From NCBI GenBank assembly GCA_043803385.1, contig JAZDKA010000049.1, positions 1 to 50,255 of the forward strand: a stretch of 50,255 nucleotides of DNA. Reading direction: 5' to 3'. Both the position numbers and the translations under genes were made by a program. The notes below the pieces were generated by a model that was not told where the DNA came from, made no database searches, and saw only the letters and a program-made list of their open reading frames with translations. Below, one piece after another: positions 32,740-40,830 of the stretch. Source of the DNA: Patescibacteria group bacterium. Lineage in GTDB: Bacteria; Patescibacteriota; Minisyncoccia; Moranbacterales; JAKLHP01. Position 1 is the first letter of the stretch; each line of letters opens with the position of its first letter.

Positions 32740-34212
32740 ATGCTTAACAAAATACCAAAACCAGTCATAGATATTTTGAAAAAACTTGAAGAGAATAATT
32801 TTGAAGCGTACATTGTCGGTGGCTGTGTGCGTGATTTGCTAATGGTCGATCCGCCAGCTGGCGGACCAAAAGATTGGGATATCGCTACCAATGCTAAGCC
32901 GGAAGAAATAATGAAAATTTTTCTTGACAGTTTCTATGAAAATAAATTTTTTACTGTCGGAGTGAAAACGGAAGATGAAAAATTTCCAGTAGTGGAGGTC
33001 ACGACATTTCGCATTGAACAAAAATATTCAGATAAGCGCCATCCCGATGAAGTTAAATTTGCGAAAACTTTAGCAGAAGATTTAGGAAGGCGTGATTTTA
33101 CCATTAATGCGTTAGCTATCGGAGTCAAAAGTCAAAAGTCAAAAGTCAAAAACGGATTTGAGATAATTGATTCATTTGACGGGCAAAAGGATTTGAAAAA
33201 TAAAGTTATCCGAGCAGTTGGAAATCCTAACGATAGATTTAATGAAGACGCGCTTCGAATGATGAGGGCAGTGCGATTTGCTTCGGAATTAAACTTTACA
33301 ATTGAAAAGAAAACTCTGGAAGCAATAAAAAAGAACGCCAAAAATCTGGAATATATCGCCCGAGAAAGAATTAAGGATGAATTGGACAAAATTATTTTAT
33401 CAGACGAGCCCTCGGAGGGAATAGATATGCTTCATGAAATAGGACTTTTGAATTATATAATTCCGGAGCTGGAAAAAGGATACGGAGTTGAGCAAAACAG
33501 ACATCATATTTACACAATTTATAAGCATAGCCTAATGTCTCTCAAGTTTGCCAAGCCAAAAAAATTAGACTTGAGGCTAGCCGTGCTTCTTCATGATATT
33601 GCTAAGCCCGAAACCAAAAGAGGAGAGGGGTTATATTCCACTTTCTATAATCACGACCACGCAGGCGCAAGGGTATCGGAAAATATTTTAAAACGTCTCC
33701 GATATCCAAATAACATAATTCAAAAAGTAAGGCTCCTGGTTGACAACCACATGTTTTATTATAATCCGGAGGAAGTGGGGGAAAGTTCAGTAAGAAAATT
33801 AATAAGAAAAGTTGGACTGGAAAATATGAAAGATTTGATCGAGCTTCGAATGGCGGAAAGATTAGGCTCCGGAGTTCCTAAGGCCAAGCCATATAAGCTT
33901 CGCCACCTTGAATATATTATTGAAAAAGTTTCCCATGATGCCATTTCTGTAAAGATGCTCAAAATAAACGGCAACGATTTAATGAAAGTTCTAAATATCA
34001 AACCAGGACCAAAGATCGGAGCAATTTTGGATGTGCTTCTGGCGGAAGCAATTGAAGATCCTGCAAGGAATACCAAAGAATATTTAGAAAGGCGCGCATT
34101 GGAATTAGATAAAGAAAATTTAGAAAAACTTCGCAAAATGGCCAAAGAAAAAATTGAAGAAAAGAAAGAAGAAGAAGATAAGGAAATCAAAAAGAAACAT
34201 TGGGTTAAATGA
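32740..34212 (+). CDS. cca: CCA-adding tRNA nucleotidyltransferase with an HD domain
   Basis: VGGCVRD...DWDIAT, RDFTINA and LLHDIAKP. Contains a 17-nt GC palindrome and a 7-nt x4 tandem repeat in frame. Confidence 0.9.
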   Translation: MLNKIPKPVIDILKKLEENNFEAYIVGGCVRDLLMVDPPAGGPKDWDIATNAKPEEIMKIFLDSFYENKFFTVGVKTEDEKFPVVEVTTFRIEQKYSDKRHPDEVKFAKTLAEDLGRRDFTINALAIGVKSQKSKVKNGFEIIDSFDGQKDLKNKVIRAVGNPNDRFNEDALRMMRAVRFASELNFTIEKKTLEAIKKNAKNLEYIARERIKDELDKIILSDEPSEGIDMLHEIGLLNYIIPELEKGYGVEQNRHHIYTIYKHSLMSLKFAKPKKLDLRLAVLLHDIAKPETKRGEGLYSTFYNHDHAGARVSENILKRLRYPNNIIQKVRLLVDNHMFYYNPEEVGESSVRKLIRKVGLENMKDLIELRMAERLGSGVPKAKPYKLRHLEYIIEKVSHDAISVKMLKINGNDLMKVLNIKPGPKIGAILDVLLAEAIEDPARNTKEYLERRALELDKENLEKLRKMAKEKIEEKKEEEDKEIKKKHWVK

Positions 34213-34290
34213 TTACTATGGATGTATAGTCCCGACGTAAAGTCGGGATCCCGATTCCGCTTTCAGCGGACATCGGAACTCAGAAAATAA

Positions 34291-34364
34291 GGACGACTAG
34301 CTCAGCCGGTTAGAGCGCTACGTTCACATCGTAGAGGTCACAAGTTCGAATCTTGTGTCGTCCA
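34291..34364 (+). tRNA. tRNA-Val(CAC)
   Basis: GGACGAC-TA-GCTCAGCCGGTTAGAGC...CTACG-TTCACAT-CGTAG...CACAAGTTCGAATCTTGTG-TCGTCC-A. Confidence 0.9.
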
Positions 34365-34365
34365 C

Positions 34366-34620
34366 ATGAAATATTTTATTTATATTGCTTATAACAAAAC
34401 TTTTGATAAATTTTATATTGGCCAAACAAATAACCTAGCAAGAAGAGAATTTGAGCATAATAACAAATTATCAAAATATACAGCAAAGTATAGCGGGGAT
34501 TGGAAAATATTATATACTGAAAATTATAATTCTAGAGCAGAAGCAATGAGAAGAGAAAAATTTCTCAAAAATCAGAAAAATAAAGACTTTTATAGAAAAT
34601 TATGCAGCTCAGTTGGTTAG
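34366..34620 (+). CDS. GIY-YIG nuclease-domain protein (UPF0213/YhbQ-like size)
   Basis: YIAYNKTFDKFYIGQTNNLARREFEHN. Starts 1 nt after tRNA-Val and ends inside a tRNA-derived D-arm. Confidence 0.75.
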   Translation: MKYFIYIAYNKTFDKFYIGQTNNLARREFEHNNKLSKYTAKYSGDWKILYTENYNSRAEAMRREKFLKNQKNKDFYRKLCSSVG

Positions 34621-34679
34621 AGTCCCGAGTGCTCGGGATTCACATGCGCAAGGTCAGAGGTTCGAGCCCTCTATTGCCC
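34604..34679 (+). pseudogene. Disrupted tRNA-Val(CAC) remnant
   Basis: D-arm AGCTCAGTTGGTTAGAG, loop TTCACAT, 3' anticodon stem GCGCA, T-arm AGAGGTTCGAGCCCTCT and 3' acceptor ATTGCCC-A are present. The 5' acceptor strand GGGCAAT is absent. The 5' anticodon stem is replaced by the palindrome GTCCCGAGTGCTCGGGA. Confidence 0.6.
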
Positions 34680-34753
34680 ACAAAATAAATTTGAATTTTG
34701 ATCATTGGGATTTATTTGGTCATTGGAAATTGGTAATTGGTAATTCCGATTAT

Positions 34754-35368
34754 ATGGCTTCGCAAGTTGCGCACATTATTTATGCCAAAAAATATTTTGA
34801 AAAGAGCGACTTTCTCTCTGAAGAGAAAGATGAATTTATTTTGGGCTGCACATTTCCCGATATCAGAAGAATTGACGGGAATATTAAAAGAAAGGATACG
34901 CATCTCCGGTTTTATCCGCTGGATCTTAACCTTGAAAACCTTACGCCATTTGAAGCTGGATGGAAATTTCATCTCTATTGCGATATGCGAAGGGAGGAAA
35001 TCTTGAATAGCTATGATTTTTATTCATTGAAATATACGAATGAATTTTGGAATCATCCAGCAAAGATGTTTGAAGACGAACTTCTATATGAAAAATATGA
35101 CAATTGGGAAAAATTAGCGAATTATTTCAATGACGTGCCGATTATTTCCAATGGCATAAATGTTCCACAAGGAACTTTTGAACTTTGGTACTCAATTTTA
35201 GCCAGTTATATAAAGCAAAAGCTAAACAACAATTCGATAAGCACCTTTCTTTCCAAACAACCCGGTATTGCGCCAATCGCCAACGATATAATTAAGATAG
35301 TGGACAAACTTCGCAAAAATGATAAAGTTATTGAGATACTTGGAAAAGTTTCAGAAGAAATAATATAG
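34754..35368 (+). CDS. Hypothetical protein
   Basis: ATG at 34754. The tracked ORF start at 34613 reads through the tRNA remnant and a low-complexity repeat. Confidence 0.5.
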   Translation: MASQVAHIIYAKKYFEKSDFLSEEKDEFILGCTFPDIRRIDGNIKRKDTHLRFYPLDLNLENLTPFEAGWKFHLYCDMRREEILNSYDFYSLKYTNEFWNHPAKMFEDELLYEKYDNWEKLANYFNDVPIISNGINVPQGTFELWYSILASYIKQKLNNNSISTFLSKQPGIAPIANDIIKIVDKLRKNDKVIEILGKVSEEII

Positions 35369-35419
35369 TATTTGGTATCTGGTATTTAGTATATTGTATT
35401 TGGTATTTTTTAATTTTAC

Positions 35420-35490
35420 CGGAGCGTGGTATAACGGTATTACGCACGATTCGGGTTCGTGTAATCCGAGTTCAATTCTCGGCGCTCCGA
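35420..35490 (+). tRNA. tRNA-Pro(CGG)
   Basis: CGGAGCG...CACGA-TTCGGGT-TCGTG...CCGAGTTCAATTCTCGG-CGCTCCG-A. Confidence 0.85.
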
Positions 35491-35517
35491 CATCTTTAGC
35501 ACTTAGTGTTATTAATT

Positions 35518-35811
35518 ATGAAACTAGTTTTTCAAAAAATAAAAGAAAATCCGACGAGTCTTTTGCGCCGGGCTGGATATATTTTTCAAAGAAACGAAGG
35601 GATCGAAATGAGCTTTGTTTTGCCGATGGCAAGAAGCGGTTTCCCAAGATTCCATATTTATTGCCATCTGGAAGATAGCGATTTAATAGCGAACTTGCAT
35701 TTAGACCAGAAGAAAAACACTTATGGCGATAATACCCGCCACCATGGAGAATATGAAAATAGTGAATTAATAGAAAAAGAATTTGAAAGAATAAAAAATC
35801 TTATAAAATAA
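35518..35811 (+). CDS. Hypothetical protein
   Basis: ATG at 35518 (GTG at 35506 possible). No motif recognised. Confidence 0.45.
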   Translation: MKLVFQKIKENPTSLLRRAGYIFQRNEGIEMSFVLPMARSGFPRFHIYCHLEDSDLIANLHLDQKKNTYGDNTRHHGEYENSELIEKEFERIKNLIK

Positions 35812-35813
35812 AA

Positions 35814-37541
35814 ATGGACTGGGTAAAAAAATATTTTGAAATAAAGAATGCAAGCACTAAAAAAATAGTTTTAATCTTAATAGCGATTGGATTTATTATT
35901 TATTGCAATACTTTTTTCAATCAGTTTTTCTGGGATGATTTCGATAGCATTGTAAACAATCAATATATCAGAAGCTGGAGTAATTTTCCAAAATTTTTTA
36001 GCCAAAATCTCACCGCTGGGGCGGGAACTATCAATAACTATTGGCGTCCCCTTCTTCTTATTTCTTTCGCTGCTGATTACAGCATTGGAAAAATAAGTCC
36101 GTTTATTTATCATCTTCAAAGCACTTTTTGGCATATTTTATCAGCTATTCTTATTTTTCTGATTTTCTCTAAAATATTAAAAAATAATTTCATCTCTTTT
36201 CTGACTTCCTTGCTGTTTTTAATCCATCCTCTTCAGACTGAAGCAACAACTTACGTGGCCGGAAGAGCCGATCCGATGCATTCCGCCCTTATGCTTTTAT
36301 CCTTTCTCTTTTTTCTTAAATCAATAGAAATTCCGAGAATCTTTAATAAAAAATATCTACTGTCAATTTTATTTTTTATTCTGGCACTCTTGGTAAAAGA
36401 GCGGGCAATTATTTTTCCGTCATTGATTGTTTTGTATTTCATTACCTTATGCCCGGAAAAAATAAAAAATAATTTGAAAAGGAAATTTAAAATTGTTCTT
36501 CCCTTCTTTTTGGTTTCTTTCCTTTATTTTATTTTAAGAATTAAATTCATCCACTTTAATGAAACTTTTGATTTTGGACAACGAAATAATATTGGAGCAG
36601 AAAATTTGCTTCATCAATTATTTGCCTATTTTAAGGGAATTTGGGTTTATACTGGCTTAATATTTTGGCCAGCTAGGCTTTATATGGAGAAATCTATTGG
36701 AATATCAAAAACTTTTTTTGATTTTCAAACCATTTTAGGATTTTTAATCATCATTTTATCCTTTATTGCAACAATATATTCCTTCAAGAATAAAAAAATA
36801 ATTGCTTTTGGACTAATTTGGTTTTATGCCACTCTTTCTCCGTCACTTCACATTTATCCGATTCAGGGACTCCTCTATGAACACTGGCTATATTTCCCGC
36901 TTATTGGAATATTTTTCATCTTTTCATCTTTAATTCATAGCCTTATAAACCAAACAAAAAATGAAAATATCAAGAAAATAATTCTTTTTTTAGTTTTAAT
37001 GTCCGCCTTGTCTTTAGGAATAAGAACTATGATTAGAAACCGCGATTGGGATAATCCCACCCGATTTTACGAAAAAAATATTTCGCTTGGAGGATATTCA
37101 GCCAGAGTTTATACCAATTTGGGAATGGCTTATTCGGAAAACAAAAAAGAAGAAGAAGCGCTTGCTTATTACCAAAAATCTATTGAGCTAAGTCCTTATA
37201 ATTATCAGACTTGGTATGATATGGGAAATTCTTATTCTTCGCTCAAGGAAAAGGATAAGGCGATAGATAGCTATACAAAAGCTATTGAAGTTAATCCTTA
37301 TTTTTTCCCGTCTTATTATAATCAAGCAGCAATTTATATAGATCAAAAACAAGTGAAAGAAGCCATTGACATTTTGAATAAAGCGCTTGAAAAAGATCCC
37401 GATAATCTGCAAACTATTTATAATCTTGGAGTCGTTTATTATAATGATGGAAACAAAGAGAAAGCCAGAGAAAATTTCAAAAAAGTATTAGAAAAAGACC
37501 CATATAATCCGGACTTGATAAGATTGATAAATAGCCTATAA
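35814..37541 (+). CDS. Polytopic membrane protein with C-terminal TPR repeats (PMT/GT39-like glycosyltransferase architecture)
   Basis: About 10 N-terminal TM spans followed by TPR-like repeats (AYYQKSIELSPYNYQTWYDMG, AIDSYTKAIEVNPYFF, ALEKDPDN). Confidence 0.6.
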   Translation: MDWVKKYFEIKNASTKKIVLILIAIGFIIYCNTFFNQFFWDDFDSIVNNQYIRSWSNFPKFFSQNLTAGAGTINNYWRPLLLISFAADYSIGKISPFIYHLQSTFWHILSAILIFLIFSKILKNNFISFLTSLLFLIHPLQTEATTYVAGRADPMHSALMLLSFLFFLKSIEIPRIFNKKYLLSILFFILALLVKERAIIFPSLIVLYFITLCPEKIKNNLKRKFKIVLPFFLVSFLYFILRIKFIHFNETFDFGQRNNIGAENLLHQLFAYFKGIWVYTGLIFWPARLYMEKSIGISKTFFDFQTILGFLIIILSFIATIYSFKNKKIIAFGLIWFYATLSPSLHIYPIQGLLYEHWLYFPLIGIFFIFSSLIHSLINQTKNENIKKIILFLVLMSALSLGIRTMIRNRDWDNPTRFYEKNISLGGYSARVYTNLGMAYSENKKEEEALAYYQKSIELSPYNYQTWYDMGNSYSSLKEKDKAIDSYTKAIEVNPYFFPSYYNQAAIYIDQKQVKEAIDILNKALEKDPDNLQTIYNLGVVYYNDGNKEKARENFKKVLEKDPYNPDLIRLINSL

Positions 37542-37646
37542 TTAGTTGATCTCTCAATAGATATTTGAAGCCGGGATGGTGTAAACCCGGCACTAAACTC
37601 GAGGCGAGTTAGTGCGGGACAAGTTGGTATACGCCAGAAATAAAAT

Positions 37647-37730
37647 GCCTTGGTGGCGGAATTGGCATACGCGCTAGGTTTAGGACCTAGTTCTCGAAAG
37701 AGATTGAGAGTTCAAATCTCTCCCAAGGCA
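37647..37730 (+). tRNA. tRNA-Leu(UAG)
   Basis: GCCTTGG-TG-GCGGAATTGGCATACGC...CTAGG-TTTAGGA-CCTAG, long variable arm, GAGAGTTCAAATCTCTC-CCAAGGC-A. Confidence 0.9.
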
Positions 37731-37887
37731 CAAAGTCCCGCACCAATTCCGAAGATAAGTTTGTAAATATTTATAGTCTTATCCTCAGAATCGCCTGCGG
37801 CTTAGCTAGCTATTATAGAAAATTTATATTGCGAACTGGTACGGGATGCTCATTTTTATAGCTTCTCGCTATCGCTCAAAGATAAAA

Positions 37888-38817
37888 ATGGCAAAAATAA
37901 TTAAAATTGAAAAAAATAATGTCAGAGAAAGGATTGATAAGTTCCTAGCACAGGAATTTTTTTCGCTTAGCCGCGGAGAAATAATCAAAAATATTAAGGA
38001 AGAAAAAATATTGGTAAACAAAAAATTGGTAAAGCCTAGTTACCGCCTTAAAGAAAATGACGAAATCGAATCTAAAATTTCTTTCGAGCGGGAGGAAATT
38101 ATTCCCAACAGCAAAATTAAATTAAATATAATTTATAGCGACGATAATATCATTGTTATTAATAAGCCGGCTGGAATTCAAGTTCATCCTGACAGCAACG
38201 AAAGAAAAAATACGCTGGTCAATGCTTTAATTTCAAAATTTCCGGAAATCAAAGCTGTGCATGATGAATCGCTCGGAGCATATCTTCGTCCGGGAATTGT
38301 TCATCGCCTCGACAAAGATACTTCTGGAGTTATTGTCATTGCTAGAAATCAGAAAGCCTTCGATGAACTTAAGGAAATGTTTCAAGAAAGAAAAATTAAT
38401 AAAAAATATATTGCTCTTGTTTATGGACAGCTTAAGGATAGAAAGGGAATTATAACCAAAGCAATTGCCAGATCGGGAAACTATAAAAAACAATCCATAG
38501 CTGGAGCAAAAACGAAAACCAAAGTTCGAGGCGCAGTAACCGAATACAAACAACTGCAGAGATTTGATAATTATTCCTTACTAGAAGCTCGTCCCTTGAC
38601 CGGAAGAATGCATCAAATCAGAATTCATCTCTTTTCAATTGGCCATCCGATAATAGGCGACAAACTATATAAACTAAAATCAATAAAAGCGACTGATTTG
38701 GCCAAGAGACAGCTTTTGCACGCCGAAAAGATTGATTTTACGCTTTTTGGACAAAAATTCAGCTTTTCAGCGCCTCTTCCGGAGGATTTTAATGTTTTTC
38801 TTAAGAATATTGACTAA
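37888..38817 (+). CDS. rluD: RluA-family 23S rRNA pseudouridine synthase (RluD-like) with an S4 domain
   Basis: HRLDKDTSGVIV catalytic motif and an N-terminal S4-like RIDKFLAQ. Confidence 0.85.
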   Translation: MAKIIKIEKNNVRERIDKFLAQEFFSLSRGEIIKNIKEEKILVNKKLVKPSYRLKENDEIESKISFEREEIIPNSKIKLNIIYSDDNIIVINKPAGIQVHPDSNERKNTLVNALISKFPEIKAVHDESLGAYLRPGIVHRLDKDTSGVIVIARNQKAFDELKEMFQERKINKKYIALVYGQLKDRKGIITKAIARSGNYKKQSIAGAKTKTKVRGAVTEYKQLQRFDNYSLLEARPLTGRMHQIRIHLFSIGHPIIGDKLYKLKSIKATDLAKRQLLHAEKIDFTLFGQKFSFSAPLPEDFNVFLKNID

Positions 38818-38917
38818 ACAAGCTTTTATCTGTATGATAAAAAAGCTTTTAATTTATAACTTTCCCTGCCTATAAGCACTAACTTGACCAGCTTGTAGCT
38901 TTGCAGGATGTTTTTTT

Positions 38918-39340
38918 ATGAAAAAGAAAATTGTAGAATTTAATTTAAGCCAACGAAGCAAAAAACTGCCCGGGCTTAGAGCCGGAGATATTGTAAAAAT
39001 AACCAGAAAAATTAAAGAGGGGTCCAAGGAAGTTTCCCAGACTTTTGAATGGATCGTCATCGCGGTAAAAGGAAAACAGAGTTCTTCTCCAATGATAACC
39101 GTGAGAAAAGTTTCCCACGGAGTAGGAGCAGAATTGATTCTCCCTCTGTTTTCATCAAGTATTAGCAAGATAACTTTAGTAAAAAGAGCTGAAGTAAGAA
39201 AAGCAAAGCTTTATTATATCCGCGAAAAATCAGCTAAATCTATGAAAATGAAATATAAAGAACTTTCCGAATTTGCTAAGATAGAAGATGAGCCCAATAA
39301 AGAGGAGGCCGAAGAAGAAACGGAAGAAGCTGAAAAATAA
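38918..39340 (+). CDS. rplS: 50S ribosomal protein L19 with an acidic C-terminal extension
   Basis: LPGLRAGDIVKI...SQTFEWIVIAVKG...ITVRKVSHGVGAE...RKAKLYYIRE. Confidence 0.9.
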   Translation: MKKKIVEFNLSQRSKKLPGLRAGDIVKITRKIKEGSKEVSQTFEWIVIAVKGKQSSSPMITVRKVSHGVGAELILPLFSSSISKITLVKRAEVRKAKLYYIREKSAKSMKMKYKELSEFAKIEDEPNKEEAEEETEEAEK

Positions 39341-39350
39341 TAACCAGCAA

Positions 39351-39434
39351 GCGGACGTGGCGGAATTGGTATACGCGCAAGCTTGAGGTGCTTGTGGGAG
39401 CAATCCCGTGGAGGTTCAAGTCCTCTCGTTCGCA
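39351..39434 (+). tRNA. tRNA-Leu(GAG)
   Basis: GCGGACG...CAAGC-TTGAGGT-GCTTG, long variable arm, GGAGGTTCAAGTCCTCT-CGTTCGC-A. Confidence 0.9.
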
Positions 39435-39440
39435 CATCTT

Positions 39441-39514
39441 GGATGGTTAGCTCAGTTGGTTAGAGCATTGCGCTTACATCGCAAGGGTCGCTGGTTCGAA
39501 TCCAGCACCATCCA
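39441..39514 (+). tRNA. tRNA-Val(UAC)
   Basis: GGATGGT...TTGCG-CTTACAT-CGCAA...CTGGTTCGAATCCAG-CACCATCC-A. Confidence 0.9.
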
Positions 39515-39542
39515 CTTTGATGATATAATGAACATAGCTAAT

Positions 39543-39614
39543 GCCTGGGTAGCTCAGTGGTAGAGCACATGACTGAAAATCATGGTGTCGGCAGTCCGAT
39601 CCTGCCCCCAGGCA
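39543..39614 (+). tRNA. tRNA-Phe(GAA)
   Basis: GCCTGGG...CATGA-CTGAAAA-TCATG...GGCAGTCCGATCCTGCC-CCCAGGC-A. Confidence 0.9.
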
Positions 39615-39625
39615 CAATTTATCGA

Positions 39626-39698
39626 GGGTCTGTAGCTCAGCGGTTAGAGCGGACGACTCATAATCGTTTGGTCGCTGGTTCGATTCCAGCCAGACCCA
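39626..39698 (+). tRNA. tRNA with CAU anticodon (elongator Met or lysidine-modified Ile2; not an initiator)
   Basis: GGGTCTG...GACGA-CTCATAA-TCGTT...CTGGTTCGATTCCAG-CCAGACCC-A. The paired 1:72 position argues against an initiator. Confidence 0.8.
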
Positions 39699-39800
39699 CA
39701 ATGAATTAGTTAAAAGTTTATAAAGTTATAAAGTTTCTAAAGCACTTTAGATATTTTCGTTTAGTTAACCTTAAAAACTTTTTACTTGATGAACTTATTT

Positions 39801-39875
39801 GCGGGTATCGTATAGTGGCTATTATATTACCTTGCCAAGGTAGAGATACGGGTTCGACTCCCGTTACCCGCTCCA
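39801..39875 (+). tRNA. tRNA-Gly(GCC), CCA encoded
   Basis: GCGGGTA...TTACC-TTGCCAA-GGTAG...CGGGTTCGACTCCCG-TTACCCGC-TCCA. Confidence 0.85.
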
Positions 39876-39895
39876 ATTGAAAACTTCATGAACCT

Positions 39896-39966
39896 GCGGG
39901 ATTAGTATAGTGGTAGTATGTGACCTTCCCAAGGTTAAGACGCCAGTCCGATTCTGGTATCCCGCT
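39896..39966 (+). tRNA. tRNA-Gly(CCC)
   Basis: GCGGGAT...TGACC-TTCCCAA-GGTTA...CCAGTCCGATTCTGG-TATCCCGC-T. Confidence 0.85.
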
Positions 39967-40085
39967 CAAAAAATTTAATAAAAAAATTGCTTTAAATAGG
40001 GCTTTATTTTAGAGCTGTTTTTCCCCTTAGCTAAGGGGTTTTTTCTTTTTTATGGCTTTTGTAAGCCTTTTTTTATTAAAATGGT

Positions 40086-40114
40086 TTGACTTCCGGCTTT
40101 TCTTATGCTATTAT
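40086..40114 (+). promoter_or_regulatory. Sigma-70-type promoter TTGACT-17-TATTAT
   Basis: Hexamers at 40086-40091 and 40109-40114 with exactly 17 nt between them. Leaves a leader of about 100 nt before the ATG at 40224. Confidence 0.55.
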
Positions 40115-40223
40115 ATCAGGTTGGTGAAAAAAGAGTTTTTGCCAGCCTAGCACCTTAAAACTAGCCCCGCCTGCAACGCTTTTGCGTAGCAATGCGGGCA
40201 GATAATAATTAAACTCTAAAAAT

Positions 40224-40787
40224 ATGGATATTTTTAGTATTATTGCGACTGTGCCTATGGCATTGAACGTAAGTTCTGTGCCAATAAGCAATCCAGTAGT
40301 TGAACCAATAAATACTAATACAAAAATAGAGTTTGAAATAAAAAAAGATATTTTAATAGCAAATGGCAAGGTCATTAATAAAAGCATTCCTTACAATTCT
40401 GAAGATTATGCGCCTGTAAAATCTGAAGAAGACAAAAAAAACGAGGGAAAGCTTAATAAATGGAAAGATAAGCAAGAAGCCATGTGGAAAAATCTTCCTT
40501 CGGGAAAATTTACCATCAATGCTTCAGCTTATACCGCTGCCGCTGATGAATGTGGAAAAAGTGATGGAATTACTTCCAGCGGGTTGAAGGTCAAAGAAAA
40601 TAGAACCTTAGCCTGTCCTCCAGGCTACCCTTTCGGCGCCAAGGTTAAAATTGAGGGCATTGGAACGTTAGTTTGTGAAGATCGCGGAGGAGCGATCAAG
40701 GGAAATCACTTTGACATCTACATGGAAACCAAAAAGCAAGCTTTCGCTTTTGGACGAAGAAATCTTTTAGCGGAAGTTGTGGAATAA
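40224..40787 (+). CDS. 3D-domain (RlpA/MltA-like double-psi beta-barrel) cell-wall-associated protein
   Basis: ASAYTAAADECGKSDGITSSG...ACPPGYPFGAKVKIEGIGTLVCEDRGGAIKGNHFDIYM. Confidence 0.75.
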   Translation: MDIFSIIATVPMALNVSSVPISNPVVEPINTNTKIEFEIKKDILIANGKVINKSIPYNSEDYAPVKSEEDKKNEGKLNKWKDKQEAMWKNLPSGKFTINASAYTAAADECGKSDGITSSGLKVKENRTLACPPGYPFGAKVKIEGIGTLVCEDRGGAIKGNHFDIYMETKKQAFAFGRRNLLAEVVE

Positions 40788-40795
40788 AAACATTA

Positions 40796-40823
40796 AGCGT
40801 CCCGAGTGCTCGGGACGCTTTTT
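40796..40823 (+). terminator. Rho-independent terminator built on a GTCCCGAGTGCTCGGGAC palindrome
   Basis: AGCGTCCCGAG / CTCGGGACGCT followed by TTTTT. Confidence 0.75.
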
Positions 40824-40830
40824 GTTTTGC

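Noticed and set aside
33759-34190. Minus-strand 143-aa ORF inside cca, and similar antisense ORFs at 33132-33389 and 32934-33128
   Set aside because: They are antisense to a motif-rich CCA-adding enzyme gene and have a Ser/Leu-rich composition typical of antisense reading of Lys/Glu-rich sequence.
35161-35176. TGTTCCACAAGGAACT, considered as a fifth degenerate parS
   Set aside because: It has three mismatches, including both central positions of the palindrome. It is probably chance similarity within a coding region.
37550-37646. Structured-looking spacer before tRNA-Leu(UAG), considered as an SRP, 6S or other known small RNA
   Set aside because: It is too short and lacks any conserved motif I recognise, for example the SRP domain IV sequence. 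Only the flanking complementarity is reported.
39214-39701. Minus-strand ORFs 39214-39435 and 39474-39701. The same applies to 41025-41213, 35394-35678, 32691-32891 and 29245-29427.
   Set aside because: These are antisense or sense translations of tRNA genes and att arms, with the typical GSNR/EPAT-type peptides.
40115-40223. Leader upstream of the 3D-domain gene, considered as a ydaO-type c-di-AMP riboswitch
   Set aside because: I could not find the conserved pseudo-two-fold core sequences I associate with that class. Reported only as an unclassified structured leader.
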